Origin: Mobula hypostoma
Taxonomy: Eukaryota
NCBI RefSeq assembly: GCF_963921235.1
Contig: NC_086108.1
Location: 14,508,001 to 14,572,000, forward strand
DNA: 64,000 bases
Reading direction: 5' to 3'
Positions 1 to 11,082 of this stretch are shown here, one piece after another. Below the pieces are notes generated by a model, which worked only from the letters and a program-made list of their open reading frames with translations, was not told the origin of the DNA and did no database searches. Numbering within the stretch: position 1 is the stretch's first letter; each line of letters starts with the position of its first letter. Both the position numbers and the translations under genes were made by a program.

Positions 1-1152
1 AAAGAAAGGAATGATGCAGTTGAGAAAAAGTTTGGCAACCGTATTAATTAACCAAAAATAAACTTTTTTGCCCATATAAAGCAAAAAAAAATTAAACTCA
101 ACAGATTAACAGCCTCCGATCAAACGGAGATAATTAAAAATTATGATTAAGATGTTGAAGGTGAAAATTGATCCAGGTAACTCTGGGCATCCAACGGAGA
201 ATCAAAAAAACGGAAAGCTCCGTCAGGCGTGTGGATCCTTAAACGCACTGGGTAAAGCAGCACTGGTTTTAAATCCATCTTGTAGAGTTCCGACATCACA
301 GATCTGTAACGAACACGTTGATCCCGAATCTGTTTACTGAAGTCTTCCACGAACTGAAAATGAAGATCCGAAAAATCAATGTAACCTTTAGGTCGAGCGA
401 ATCGAAGCAATTTCTCCTTGTCTTGAAAGTAATGAAATCGTAGAATAACTTGTCGAGGTTTATCTGACTTAGACGAATATGATGGAACTCTGTGCGCCCG
501 ATCCAATAAAGGAAATACGGTAGGAAATGAATCTTTTAAAAGTTGAGAAAAAAACTTTATAGGGTTGTCAGATTCAGCAGCTTCACGAATACCAATAATT
601 CGAATATTCTGCCGTCACATTCTGGATTCTAAGTCAGAGTTTTTAAAAGTCAGAAAGTCAAGTTTTTTCTTCATTACAGTAATTGTTTCTTCAATTTTCC
701 CCATCTTGAGTTCATTTTGTTGCGTGGATTTTTGAAGATTAAATATAGCAGACTGATGTTCCGTGATAGATGTTTGCATTTCATCGATTGCATCGGCAAT
801 TTTCTGGAGATTAATTGAAATTTCCGCACGAATCAGCTCCGTTATAGAGGTTGAAATTTCCCTTTGAATTAGATCCGATATAGCTTTCAAAGTTAACGGT
901 GGTTCAGTCGGAGGAAGATCGGTACCTTTCAGTCTAACCGGAGGTTTGCCGTCTTTCCCATTTTTCCCGTTCTTAGACATAGCAGACCATAAAAACATCC
1001 GAATATCAAAAAAACACAATTTGTTTCAAAGTATTATAAAAGTCGATGCCTTAATGGTTAGCTTAAATATAGCTGATCATAGGAAAAAAACTCAGAGGTA
1101 ATGGAGCGAGTCAAGAACACGACTTCACTCCATGAGCTCTACCGGAAGTCCC
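1..1152 (-). mobile_element. LINE-1-clade element: 5' UTR + ORF1, continuing off the left edge
   Basis: Minus strand begins GGGACTTCCGGTAGAGCTCATGGAGTG, followed by an A-rich ORF1 with a coiled coil and RQNIRIIG / DRAHR / PRQVILRF motifs. Confidence 0.8.
147..980 (-). pseudogene. L1 ORF1p with one premature stop
   Basis: ORFs 615..1019 and 147..506 are in the same frame. They join through ...DLESRM*RQNIRIIGIRE...LLDRAHR..., and the TGA at 615-617 sits at an expected Arg (CGA). Confidence 0.85.
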
Positions 1153-3590
1153 CATCAGGCAAATCAAGGTGGATAAATTCCCACGGTCAAACAAGGTGTT
1201 CCCTCGGACCCTACAGGAGGCAAGTGCAGAAATTGCAGGGGCTCTAGCAGAGATATTTAAAGCATCCTTAGCAACAGAAGAGGTACCAGAGGTACTAGAT
1301 GTGTCAGAATAAAGAAAACAAGCATAGGGAGCATTGGTTTTCATGAGATATTGAGGCCCTGTTTAATAAAAAAAAAAGGTGCTATATGGTATAGGCTTTA
1401 GCTTCAAAGTAAATGTGCAAAGAGATAGGTATGGTCTGTTGGTTAAGATTCAGAATTGGAGGAGGGCTGAGTTTGATGCTATCAGAAATGATCTAGTGAG
1501 TGTGGATGGGACAGACTGTTTTCTGGCAGAGGAGTACTTTGAAGGTGGGAGGCCTTCAAAAATGAAATGTTGAGAGTACAAAGCTCCTATTTGCCTGTGA
1601 GAATAAAAGGTAAAGATAACAAGTGCAGAGTCCCTTGGTTTTCAAGAGACATTGAGGCCCTGGTTAAGAAAAAACAAGGAGGTGCATAGCAGGTAAAGGC
1701 AAGTAGGAACAAATGAAGTGCTTATGGAGTACAAGAAATGAAAGAGAACACAATGAACGTTGCTCTAGCAGACAAGGTGAAAGATAATCTCAAGGGACTC
1801 AACAGGTATGTTAAGAGCAAAAGGATTGCAAGGGACAAAACTGGTCTTCTGGAAGACCAAAATGGTGATCCAGGTATGGAGCCAAAACAGGGGGGAGATC
1901 ATATTCGCAGTTATTTTGTAAATAACACTACTCTTTGCATTTCTGATGCATTTCATTGGCTTTGTATCTGTACTCGGCACAATGCAAATAAAGTTGAATC
2001 TAATCTAATAAATAAGTTTTTTGCATCTGTATTTACTCGGGAGACTGATGCAGAGTCTATAGAAGTGAGGCAAGAGCCATTAACTTCATGGACCCTGTAC
2101 AGGAGGTGTTTGCTACCCTGAGGCAAATCAGGGTGGATAAATCCCCAGGGCCTGACAAGGTGTTCCCTTGGACCCCAAGGGAGGCAAGTGCAGAAATTGC
2201 CGGGACCCTAGCAGTGATATTTGAAACATCCTCAGCAACAAAAGAGGTACCAGAGGATTGGAGGATAGCCAGTGTGGTTCCACTGTTTAAAAAAGGCTGT
2301 AAACAGAAACCAGGAAATTGTAGGCCAGCGAGTCTGTCATTAGTTGTGGGAAAGTTATTGGAAGTTAAAGGACCAGATAGATAAGCATTTGGATAGACAT
2401 GGACTGATTAAGAATAGTCAGATTGGCTTCATGCATGGTAGGCTATGTCTAACCAATCTTAGAGTTTTTCGAGGAAGTTACCCGGGAAGTGGATGAAGGC
2501 GTTGTAGTTGACGTTGTCTTCGTGGAAGGTATTTGACAAGGTCCCGCATGGGAGGCTGGTCAAGAAGGTTCAGTCGCTTGGCATTCAGGATGAGATAGTA
2601 AATTAGATAAGATACTTGATTTGAGAGAGAAGCCAGAGAGTGGTAGTCGATGATTGCCTCTCTGACTGGAGGCCTGTGACTAGTGGTGTGCCGCAGGGAT
2701 CAGTATTGTGTCCTTTGTTGTTTGTCATCTATATCAATGATCAGGATAATAATGTGGTTAACTGGATCAGCAAATTTGATCCAGTTAATCACATTAACAA
2801 AGATTGGGGGTTTAGTGGACAGTGAGGAAGGCTATCATGGCTTGCAGAGGGATTTGCAATAGCTGGAATAATAGGCTGAAAAATGGCAGATGAAATGTAA
2901 TACAGACAAGTGTGAGGTTTTGCACTTTGGTAGGGTAGGTCTTACACTGTGAACGGTAGGGCACTGAGGAGTGTGGTAGACCAAAGTGATCTGAGAATAC
3001 AGGTCCATAATTAGTTGAAAGTGGCGTCACATAGGGTTGTAAAGAAAGCTTTTGGCACATTGGCCTTGATTAATCAATAGGTTGAGTACAGAAGATGGGA
3101 TGTTATGTTGAAGTTGTATAAGATATTTGTGGGGCTAATTCGGAATACTATGTGCAATTTTGGTCACCTACCTCCAGGAAAGATGTAAACAAGGTTGAAA
3201 GAGTACAGAGAAAATTTACGAAGATAATACTGGTCTGAAGGACCTGAGTTATAAGGAAAGATAGAATAGGTTAAGACTGTATTCTTTAGAATGTAGAAGA
3301 TTGCGAGATTTGACAGAGGTATACAAAATTATGCAAGATATAGATAAGGTAAATGCAATCAAGCATTTACCCTATCTATGATGGGAAACTTATTCACTCA
3401 GAGGGTTGTGAGAGTGTGAAATGAGTTGCCAGTAAATGTGGTCCATGCGAACTCGATTTCAACATTCAAGAGAAGTTTGAATGGGTATATGGAGAGCCAT
3501 TATTGATGGGAATAGGCTGTTTAAATGGTTTCGGAATGGACTTGATGGGCTGATAGGCCTATTTCTGTGCTGTACTTCTCTATGACATTG
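1153..3590 (+). mobile_element. Decayed CR1 LINE (ORF2 RT + 3' end)
   Basis: KSPGPD, VVPLFKKG..PGNCRP and VTSGVPQGSVL.PLLF.IYIND motifs, with many stops and frameshifts. Confidence 0.85.
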
Positions 3591-3676
3591 GACAGCGTAG
3601 ACAAGTCGGGTCGAAGGGCCAATTTCTGTGCTATATAATTCTGACTCTAAAGTTATTTCCTTCTTGTTTCATCCAG

Positions 3677-3889
3677 GGTCTCCGCTGGCAAGGGCCAGCA
3701 TTAAGAGCACCAAGCTATTGGAGGGTTCATCTTACTTCCGCCGCAAGGAGCGCATGCTACGCATCTCCATTCGTCACATGGTCAAGTCACATGCCTTCTA
3801 TTGGATTGTCCTGGGCCTGGTGGCCCTTAACACAGTGTGCGTTGCTATTGTCCACTATGACCAGCCCTTGTGGCTCTCCAACTTCCTAT
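3677..3889 (+). CDS. CACNA1E: Cav2.3-like calcium channel alpha-1 exon (end of I-II linker + IIS1)
   Basis: Acceptor ttcatccAG at 3675-76 and donor GTAAGT at 3890. Encodes (G)[70 protein letters not shown](Y). [11 protein letters not shown] is Cav2.3-like. 213 bp, phase 1-1. Confidence 0.95.
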
Positions 3890-5257
3890 GTAAGTACATT
3901 TCCTTCTCTTGCCTACCATTTGTTGGCCCACTCATTCAGGTTGAACTGTATTATATCAAAGTGAAGGTTGCAAATCGACCATGAATTAACTGCCATATAT
4001 TCACCTGAACCCCACAATACTTATGATCCTAACAAACTACATCTATCCATTAAAAGCTTAAGTTGATCTCAGCACACTTGCTTATTGGAGGAAGAAGTTT
4101 CTGCATCTCCCCTACTCTCAATATGAAGGAGTGCTCCTCATATCATTGCTGCCTCTCCTAGCTCTCATTGTGAGGGTGTGTCCATTGTCCTGCTCTCCCT
4201 TATGCAGGGAAATCTATCACTTTATCAATTCTCTCAAATGTTCATTGTCTTCGCTTTGTGCCTAAGGGTTTCTTCCTTCACCTTGCCTTCTCCCCACCCA
4301 CACCACTGTCAGGTAATTTTCTGAGATACAGCATATTAAATTCTGGACCCAGACTCTTCCTAGAATCCTTCTCACAATGGAACCACCCCCCCCCCCAAGA
4401 GAAGGGAACTGATATGGAAGCCAGGCAAGTACCAAGTCACCCCAGAGCTAAGTGCAAGGTCCCACCCAAATACTTTTTGATTTGGGGCAAGAGGGTGGGT
4501 AAGATACTTGTCAATCCAGCATCACCCATAATGTCTTTCACAATCTCAGAAAGTACCAAAGTACTTCAGTGTGGATGGAGTAACTTCATGAAAGAGGTGA
4601 TTACATAATGTGATCAAAGGAAACGTATGGCTTTTACTTCCGGAAGTAAATCCTGTCCTGGCTGAGAAGCAGACTGATCAACAGGACACATAGAAAGAAT
4701 AATGGACAAGTCTAGCAAAAGTAGTCAGTACAGCGGAAGGAGTGCTGATTGTTAATATCCAGAGCAAAAGGGCACAGAGGGGTGGAGGTATAAAATCTTG
4801 GTTAGTTGCCCTTGACAAAAGTTAGTCATGACAATAGTTGAGATCAGCCACAGTTAAAGAAGCATAAGCACTGCTGAGAAGTAAAGTGCCTTGGAATAAC
4901 CTGAGTTCTTGAAAAGTATATGAATGCAAATGAATTTTTTGTTATGCCCTATATTTGACAAGAACCAGTGAGGCGCTCTTGCTCTGCAATGGGATACAGT
5001 GCCTGACCTGAAGTGGGAAGCTCTTATTTCTTCAACGCCAACATATGAAGAGTTGCTGTCCTTCTGCTCTGCACCTCCCCCGTCCTTATCCCACCCCACT
5101 CCTAACACCTCAACAAGAGGCACCCAGGGAACAGGCCAGAGCTGGGGATGGACTGGTGCAGCTCTGTGACAACAATGCAGACTGGGGCTGCTCATGGGAT
5201 CTTGCTGTGCCTCTCACACCATCTGGTCTCTCTAATCCGTCCATTTCCTTTTCTCAG

Positions 5258-5370
5258 ACTATGCCGAATTCACCTTTCTGGGTCTCTTTCTGTCCGAGAT
5301 GTTTCTAAAGATGTACGGCTGTGGTCCTCGACTTTATTTTCACTCCTCCTTCAACTGTTTTGACTGTGGG
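5258..5370 (+). CDS. CACNA1E: Cav2.3-like exon (IIS2 to start of IIS3)
   Basis: ttttctcAG acceptor and GTGAGT donor. Encodes (Y)[37 protein letters not shown]. 113 bp, phase matches the previous exon (T|AC). Confidence 0.95.
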
Positions 5371-5414
5371 GTGAGTTCACAAGTATCCATCTCATCAAAG
5401 AACTTTCCTCCATT

Positions 5415-5645
5415 GTGTCTGGTAGCAGACCCCAGCAGAGCTGTAGTAGCAGACCTCTGCAGTACTGTGTGTCTTTGGTAGCAGATCGCTGCAGGACTGT
5501 GTCTTTGGTAGCAGATCGCTGCAGGACTGTGTCTTTGGTAGCAGACCCCAGCGGTGTTGTAGTAACAGACCCTAGCAGTGCTATGTGTCTTTTGTAGTGT
5601 ATCCCTGCAGTGTTGTATGTCTTTGGTTGCAGATATCTACAGGTC
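5415..5645. repeat. 30-bp minisatellite next to the exon donor
   Basis: Unit approximately GTGTCTTTGGTAGCAGATCGCTGCAGGACT. About 6-7 copies, degenerating at both ends. Confidence 0.8.
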
Positions 5646-6101
5646 TGTGTTAATGTACACCGACAGCAGCATGTAGCTAACTAATATCAGACACCATTTT
5701 TGTGTTATGTGAGAATCCCTCTAGCACTTTCTCATGGTATCTTCTATCAGCCATGTAGCTGTGTACAAAATTAGCTGGTATCAGGCATTTGACAGACTGT
5801 GAGAATGCGTCAGATAGCAGACCCCAAAATTCCTATGACTGTCTCACGGATCAGATACCAGGTCATTATTCACAGTTCACTAGATGTTATTATATCTTCG
5901 TAACATTAAATAACTGTGTCCTTATCATTCCTCTGTGGTGCAGTTTGACAATATGTCATGTCTATAATACTGTATAACTGTGTCTGGTTACACTTCCCTG
6001 TTATATTGTACAACTGCAATTGATTGCAGAACATTGTGTCTTTATCTGGTATTGGACTCTAGCCCCCATTGGTACTGTATGCTTGTGGTATCATATGTTT
6101 T

Positions 6102-7020
6102 TAACACAAGAGATTCTACAGACATTGGAAATCCAGAACAACACACAAAATGCTGAAGGAAGGTTGGGCTGCATCTATGGAGGGGAGTAAACAGTCAACA
6201 TTTTGGGCCAAGACCCTTCATCAAGACTGGAAAGGAAAGGGGAAGAAGCCAAAATAAGAAGGTGGGGGAAATGAAGTGAGAAGCTGTGAGGTGATAGGTG
6301 GAAGGGTTAAAGGGCTGAAGAAGAAGTAATTTGATAGGAGAGGAGGGTAGACCATGGGAGAAAGGAAAGGAGGAGGGTTACCAGACAGGTGTTGGTCGGG
6401 TGAGGAGAAAAGAAGGAGTAAGAAGGGAGCCAGAATGAGGAATGGAAAAGAGAGAAGGAAGAGGGGAGAGAAATTAGGAATGAGAAATCGATGTTCATGC
6501 TGTCAGGTTAGAGGCTACCCAGATGGAATATGCGGTGTCACTCATCTAAACTGAGTTTGACCTCTTTGTGGCAGTAGAGAGGCCATGAACTGATATGTCC
6601 TAATGGGAAGTAGGATTAAAATGGATGACCAGCAGGAAGTTACCCCTTTTGTGGCAGACGGACAAAGTGGTCTCCCAATATACCTCAGGTATCACTGGTG
6701 TAGAGAAGGATGCAACAGGGCACACTGGATACAATAGACGTCCCTGACAGACTCACAAGTGAAGTGTCACTTCACCTGGAAGGACTATTTGGGGCCCTGA
6801 ATAGTGGTGAGGAGGGAGGTGGCAGGACAGGTGACAGACTTGTCCTGCTTGAAGAAGTCAGTACTAGGTCAGTGGAGAGGAAGTCACATCAAGAACAACC
6901 CCTGCGGAAAGCAGAGAGTGGTGGCAGGGTGGGGCGGAATTAAAGATGTACTTAGTAATAGATGCTGTCGAAGATGGCAGAAATTACAAAGAATGACGTG
7001 CTGGGTGCGGAAGCTCGTGA
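6102..7020 (-). mobile_element. Old Penelope-like element 3' part (GIY-YIG remnant + terminal repeat)
   Basis: Reverse complement is homologous to 39430-40428, including a degenerate hammerhead near 6194-6229. Confidence 0.7.
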
Positions 7021-8746
7021 GATAACACGAGCCTGTTATCCATGGATTGTTGTATTGTCTGGCTGACTGTAAACATACCTTACAAGCAGCATGCCAGACT
7101 CTTCCACCGCTGTCCTCAGATACATACTATCTGGTCCCTCCTGAAACACTAAATTTTGAATGTACTCCAGGTGCAGGAACTTAACACCAGTAGATGTTTG
7201 GTCACATGGCTAGCACACTTCACACTGGCTAAGTCTGAAGTGATTCTGGTTAGAAGGGGCTTGTGGCAGGTTGTGAGTGAACCAGCACAAGTGAATTTAC
7301 CTGAGCTCAGCCTCCCTCACCTGTCTAACTGTGAGAGATGCACCTATCCCTGATGTTACTTATAAAGATGACCAGTTCTTGTGGAGGTAACATTCAATCT
7401 CTACATCAGTGAATAAGGGATAAACTGAGTAAATACAGGCCAATCAGTTTAACATGGTAAATTGATGTGTACCAAGGTACACAGAAAATCTTTCTTTTGC
7501 ATGCCATCAATATAGATCATTTCATCACTTCAGTATATTTAGGTAGTGCAAGGGAAAAGCAGTTATGGAAAAAGTGCAGTGGAGATGGTGTGAAGTCAGG
7601 AGTTCATCTTGTATACGGGGACCATTCTATAGTCTTGTAACAGTGGGATAGAACAGCGTCCTTGAGCTGGTGATACATGCTGTCATGCTTTTGTATCTTC
7701 TGCCCAACAAGAAAGGGTAGCAAAGAGAATATCTGGTGTGGGTGGAGTCCTTGATACTTTGGCTGCTTTACTGAGGCAGCATAAAGTGTAGACAAAGTCC
7801 TTGAAGTGGAGGCTAGTTTTTGTGATGTACTGAGCTGTGCCCACAACTCTCTGCAGTTTCTTGTGAGTTGGACAAAGCAGTTCCCTTACCAAGAGTAAAT
7901 GCATCATAGAGCACTACTGCACAGAAACAGACCTTTCAGAATATCTAGACCACACTGAGCTGTTCTGCATAGTCCCACCAACTAGCCACACCTGGGCCAT
8001 AGCCCTCCATACCCCTCTCATCCATGTACCTCTCCAAGCTTCTCTTAAGTGGTGCAATGAACCCACATCAACCACCTTTGCTGGCAGCTCATTCCACATT
8101 CTCACCACCCAGACTGAAGAATTTAAGATTCCCCCTAAATATTTCACCATTCAGTCCAAAGCTGTGACCTCAAGTTCTATTCTCAGCCAGTCTCAGGGGG
8201 TAATGCCTGCATCTATTTACACTGTCCAGAAAAATCTCCCTTCATTTCAGGGAATGAAGTCCTAGCGTATCCAAGTGTTACCCTTGTAATGGTGATCGGT
8301 GAGGTACAGAGAATCTGTATTTACCAACAAGAATCGCCCCTTTTAATGATGATCAGTGGGGTACAGAGAATCGGTATTTACCGACAAGTAACTTTTACTG
8401 TTTCAACTAAAAGCACATGGTTCACAAACTGTCTCCCTGTGACACCACGAGAATTCCTTGACTCTCCATGAACATTCAATGAAGAGAAAGGGTATTACCT
8501 GGGAAATGAGTCTGCCAGTTAAATGAGGCAACCCAGTCTAACGAGATTACCGATTGCAGATCTGGCATTTTACATAACAAGTAGCTGCTCCTCTGAGAAT
8601 GGTCTCAGGTATATTGCTCTGATTAGATTGTCCCAGAGTCAAGAATCAGTTCAGAGTCCACGCCCTTTACATAACAAATGGCTACTTGTTTGAGATGGTC
8701 TCAGGTTTAGCAGATCATTACCTGAAGCTTCCTGTGTCCACATTTA

Positions 8747-9921
8747 GGCTACGTCTACACTGGACCGGATAATGTTGAAAACACCGGTTTTGCGTACAAA
8801 CGATAGGCGTCCACACCAGGCGTTTTTTGAAAATACCTCCGTCCACATTAAAACCGGTATTTGGGCGAATCTCCTCCTACTGAGCATGCGCAGCTGTGTA
8901 CATACATCTATTGATGCATCTGGACACATCTTCAGTGATGTTCCTGGAATCATCAGGTGTTTCCGGTCTTTCAACATCATACAACCTTCTCCAGGTGACC
9001 CAGCCGGGGCTGATCAGACCCCAGCTTGTGTCCGGATGGCTAGCTACTTATGACTCCATGGCTCCCCTCTTTTGAGCCACAGCCATCTTGAGGCCCTCTC
9101 TGCCGCATCGGTGGTACTGCGGATGGCACTCCTCTTCCTCTCTCCCTCGATGCCCAAAATGCTGAAGGCCCTCTAACTAAAGAACGGGCTATGAATCCCC
9201 TACAACCAACCTCCACTGGGAGACACCTCGCTCTCCATCCAGCCTGCTGACAGTTGCTGACCAGTCCTGCGTACTTGGAGAGCTTCCTTTCAAAGGCCGC
9301 AGGACACATCTACAGAAAACAAGCAAAGAGAAAACGGTATACTTGGTGCACGTTTGTCCAGTTACAGACTTGAAAAACTTAAAAGGAAATTGCCAAACGA
9401 CGGGCAGCTGTTGGCTCTCACGCAGGAGGGCTTAAAACTAAAAAAACAAATACTCTACCATATGGAGGCAACCGACAGGGAGTTCACGGACAGTATGACC
9501 CGGCTGACAAGGAACACTGAAAAACTGACTAACTCTGTTGCAGAGGATTTGCCCCCCCCCCCCCAGTACTTCTCACCGCCACAATACCAGCCTCACAGCC
9601 ACTACAATAGCTACACATACGGACACACAGACCCCCAGGTGGCCCCACCAACATCTTCCCACTCCCACAGAGACCCTGGAAACATTTCCTACAGCCATAG
9701 TCTCTTCACCGATGAAAGGGACGACAGGCTTTTTAAAACCTCCGGTTACCTCGTACACACTACAACGCCCACCTGGCGTTTTCAGATTTAAACACTCTGG
9801 AGAAGGTTTTAGAAAAGCTCGGTTTTCAGGGGAGGAAACGCCATTTCAGTGTGGACGGAGGGTCAAAACGAAGAGAAGAGTCTTCGGTTACAGATTTATC
9901 CGGTCTCGTGTGGACGTAGCC
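8747..9921 (+). mobile_element. Non-autonomous PIF/Harbinger-like DNA transposon
   Basis: Terminal inverted repeats (TIRs) GGCTACGTCTACAC / GTGTGGACGTAGCC (13/14 match) with 3-bp flanks TTA/TCA. Internal ORF 9354..9791 is coiled-coil + Pro/Tyr-rich and resembles the C-terminus of a Harbinger Myb/SANT-like accessory protein (inference). Confidence 0.75.
8894..9297 (-). mobile_element. 5'-truncated RLE-type (HERO-like) non-LTR retrotransposon nested in the Harbinger
   Basis: AFERKLSKYAGLVSNCQQAGWRARCLPVEVGCRGF matches the restriction-like endonuclease C-terminal motif (ERK..KY / PVEVG.RG). Flanked by CGCAG repeats at 8889-93 and 9298-9302. Confidence 0.75.
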
Positions 9922-10288
9922 TCAGTTGCTCTCATTAGATTATCCAAGAGCAAGAAACTGTTCAGAGTCCACAAAATGGGGGAAACAAAGACGACTGGCT
10001 TGTCGGCTTCCCCTGTCTTTGATCAGACTGAAGTTTCTTCTGGCCAACACAACCTTTCTCTGTAACTCAGGTCCCTGAGTTCGGACAATAGCCTTCTGCA
10101 TCATCCACTACACCTCCAATCTTGATGTTATTCACAAATTTGCTGGTACGGTTCACATTATCATCTAGATCATTAAAGTGGATGATAAACAACAACACCC
10201 AATCCAGAAGTGCCTTTCCCCTGGCGGGATCAACCACAAGTGGTTCTAAAAAGCCATCTCATAGGCATTCTGCAAAGTCCCCCTCTTG

Positions 10289-10731
10289 TGGTGGATTCTG
10301 ATGTTTAAATCAAGGTTCTTTTAGAAGTCAGGAATGAAGCATAAGAAATGTTGCTTCACAATCATTTAATTAACAATTGATAAAACAAAGGGAAGTTGAA
10401 ACAAACAGGGACAGAGGTCTACTACTTACGGAAACTAAAGAAAAGATGGTGCCTAGCACCAAACAGCTACTGTTATACCATAGTGATGAGAAAAATTCCA
10501 TTCTAATCTATAGATAATAATAATCCAATTAGAAAATACTTACTCAATACTGCAGTAAAAAGTTAACCATTGAGAAAAACGCTTATTTACTTGATGCAGT
10601 CCAAAGCTTCCGGAATTATATTTGTATAGCCACTAGAGGCATTTTAAAATGTTATGTATATAAAAGCAACTTAAAATACAATCAGATAATTCATTATTAA
10701 GCTGTAAGGAAAATTACAATTTGATCCAATA
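10289..10731. mobile_element. AT-rich insertion in CR1, possible solo LTR
   Basis: Imperfect inverted ends TGGTGGAT...ATCCAATA with CTTG/CTTA flanks. CR1 sequence resumes on both sides. Confidence 0.35.
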
Positions 10732-10787
10732 CTTAGGTCCAGCACCAACCTGATTTTCCCAGTATACCTGCATATTAAAATCCCCCA

Positions 10788-11082
10788 ATGACGCGTGGCC
10801 AAGTGGTTAAGGCGTTCGTCTAGTGATTTGAAGGTCGCTAGTTCGAGCCTTGGCTGAGGCAGTGTGTGTGTCCTTGAGCAAGGCACTTAACCATTTAACA
10901 ACTTAACCACTTAACTCTGCGTCAACATCAGTGCCAAGCTGTATGGGTCCTAATGCCCTTCCCTTGGACAACATCGGTGGTGGGGACAGGGGAGACTTGC
11001 AGCATGGGCAACTGCTGGTCTTCTGTACAACCTTGCAAGGCACAAATCCATAGTCTCATGAGACTAACGGATGCCTATAAAA
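10788..11082 (+). mobile_element. tRNA-derived SINE with a CORE-like central motif
   Basis: A box TGGCCAAGTGG, B box GTTCGAGCC, motif GTGTCCTTGAGCAAGGCACTTAACC and an A tail. 11-bp TSD AAAATCCCCCA at 10777-87 and 11083-93. Confidence 0.85.

Larger units (their letters stand above)
8276..10049. mobile_element. Putative solo LTR (~600 bp) split by a Harbinger insertion
   Basis: TGTT...AACA ends, flanked by CAAG/CAAC. Interrupts a CR1 fragment (cctagcgtatc|caacctttctctgtaactcagg). Internal direct sub-repeats continue across the Harbinger. Confidence 0.5.

Noticed and set aside
1153..1375. Apparent local duplication of 2118-2260 and 1596-1680
   Set aside because: The copies are clearly diverged and are better explained as separate or rearranged CR1 fragments.
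3628..3984. Stand-alone ORF calls overlapping channel exons (also 29209..29421 and 5299..5481)
   Set aside because: Only the splice-site-bounded parts are channel sequence. The rest is intron read-through.
10788..10860. tRNA gene
   Set aside because: There is no complete cloverleaf, and it continues into a SINE body with an A tail and TSD.
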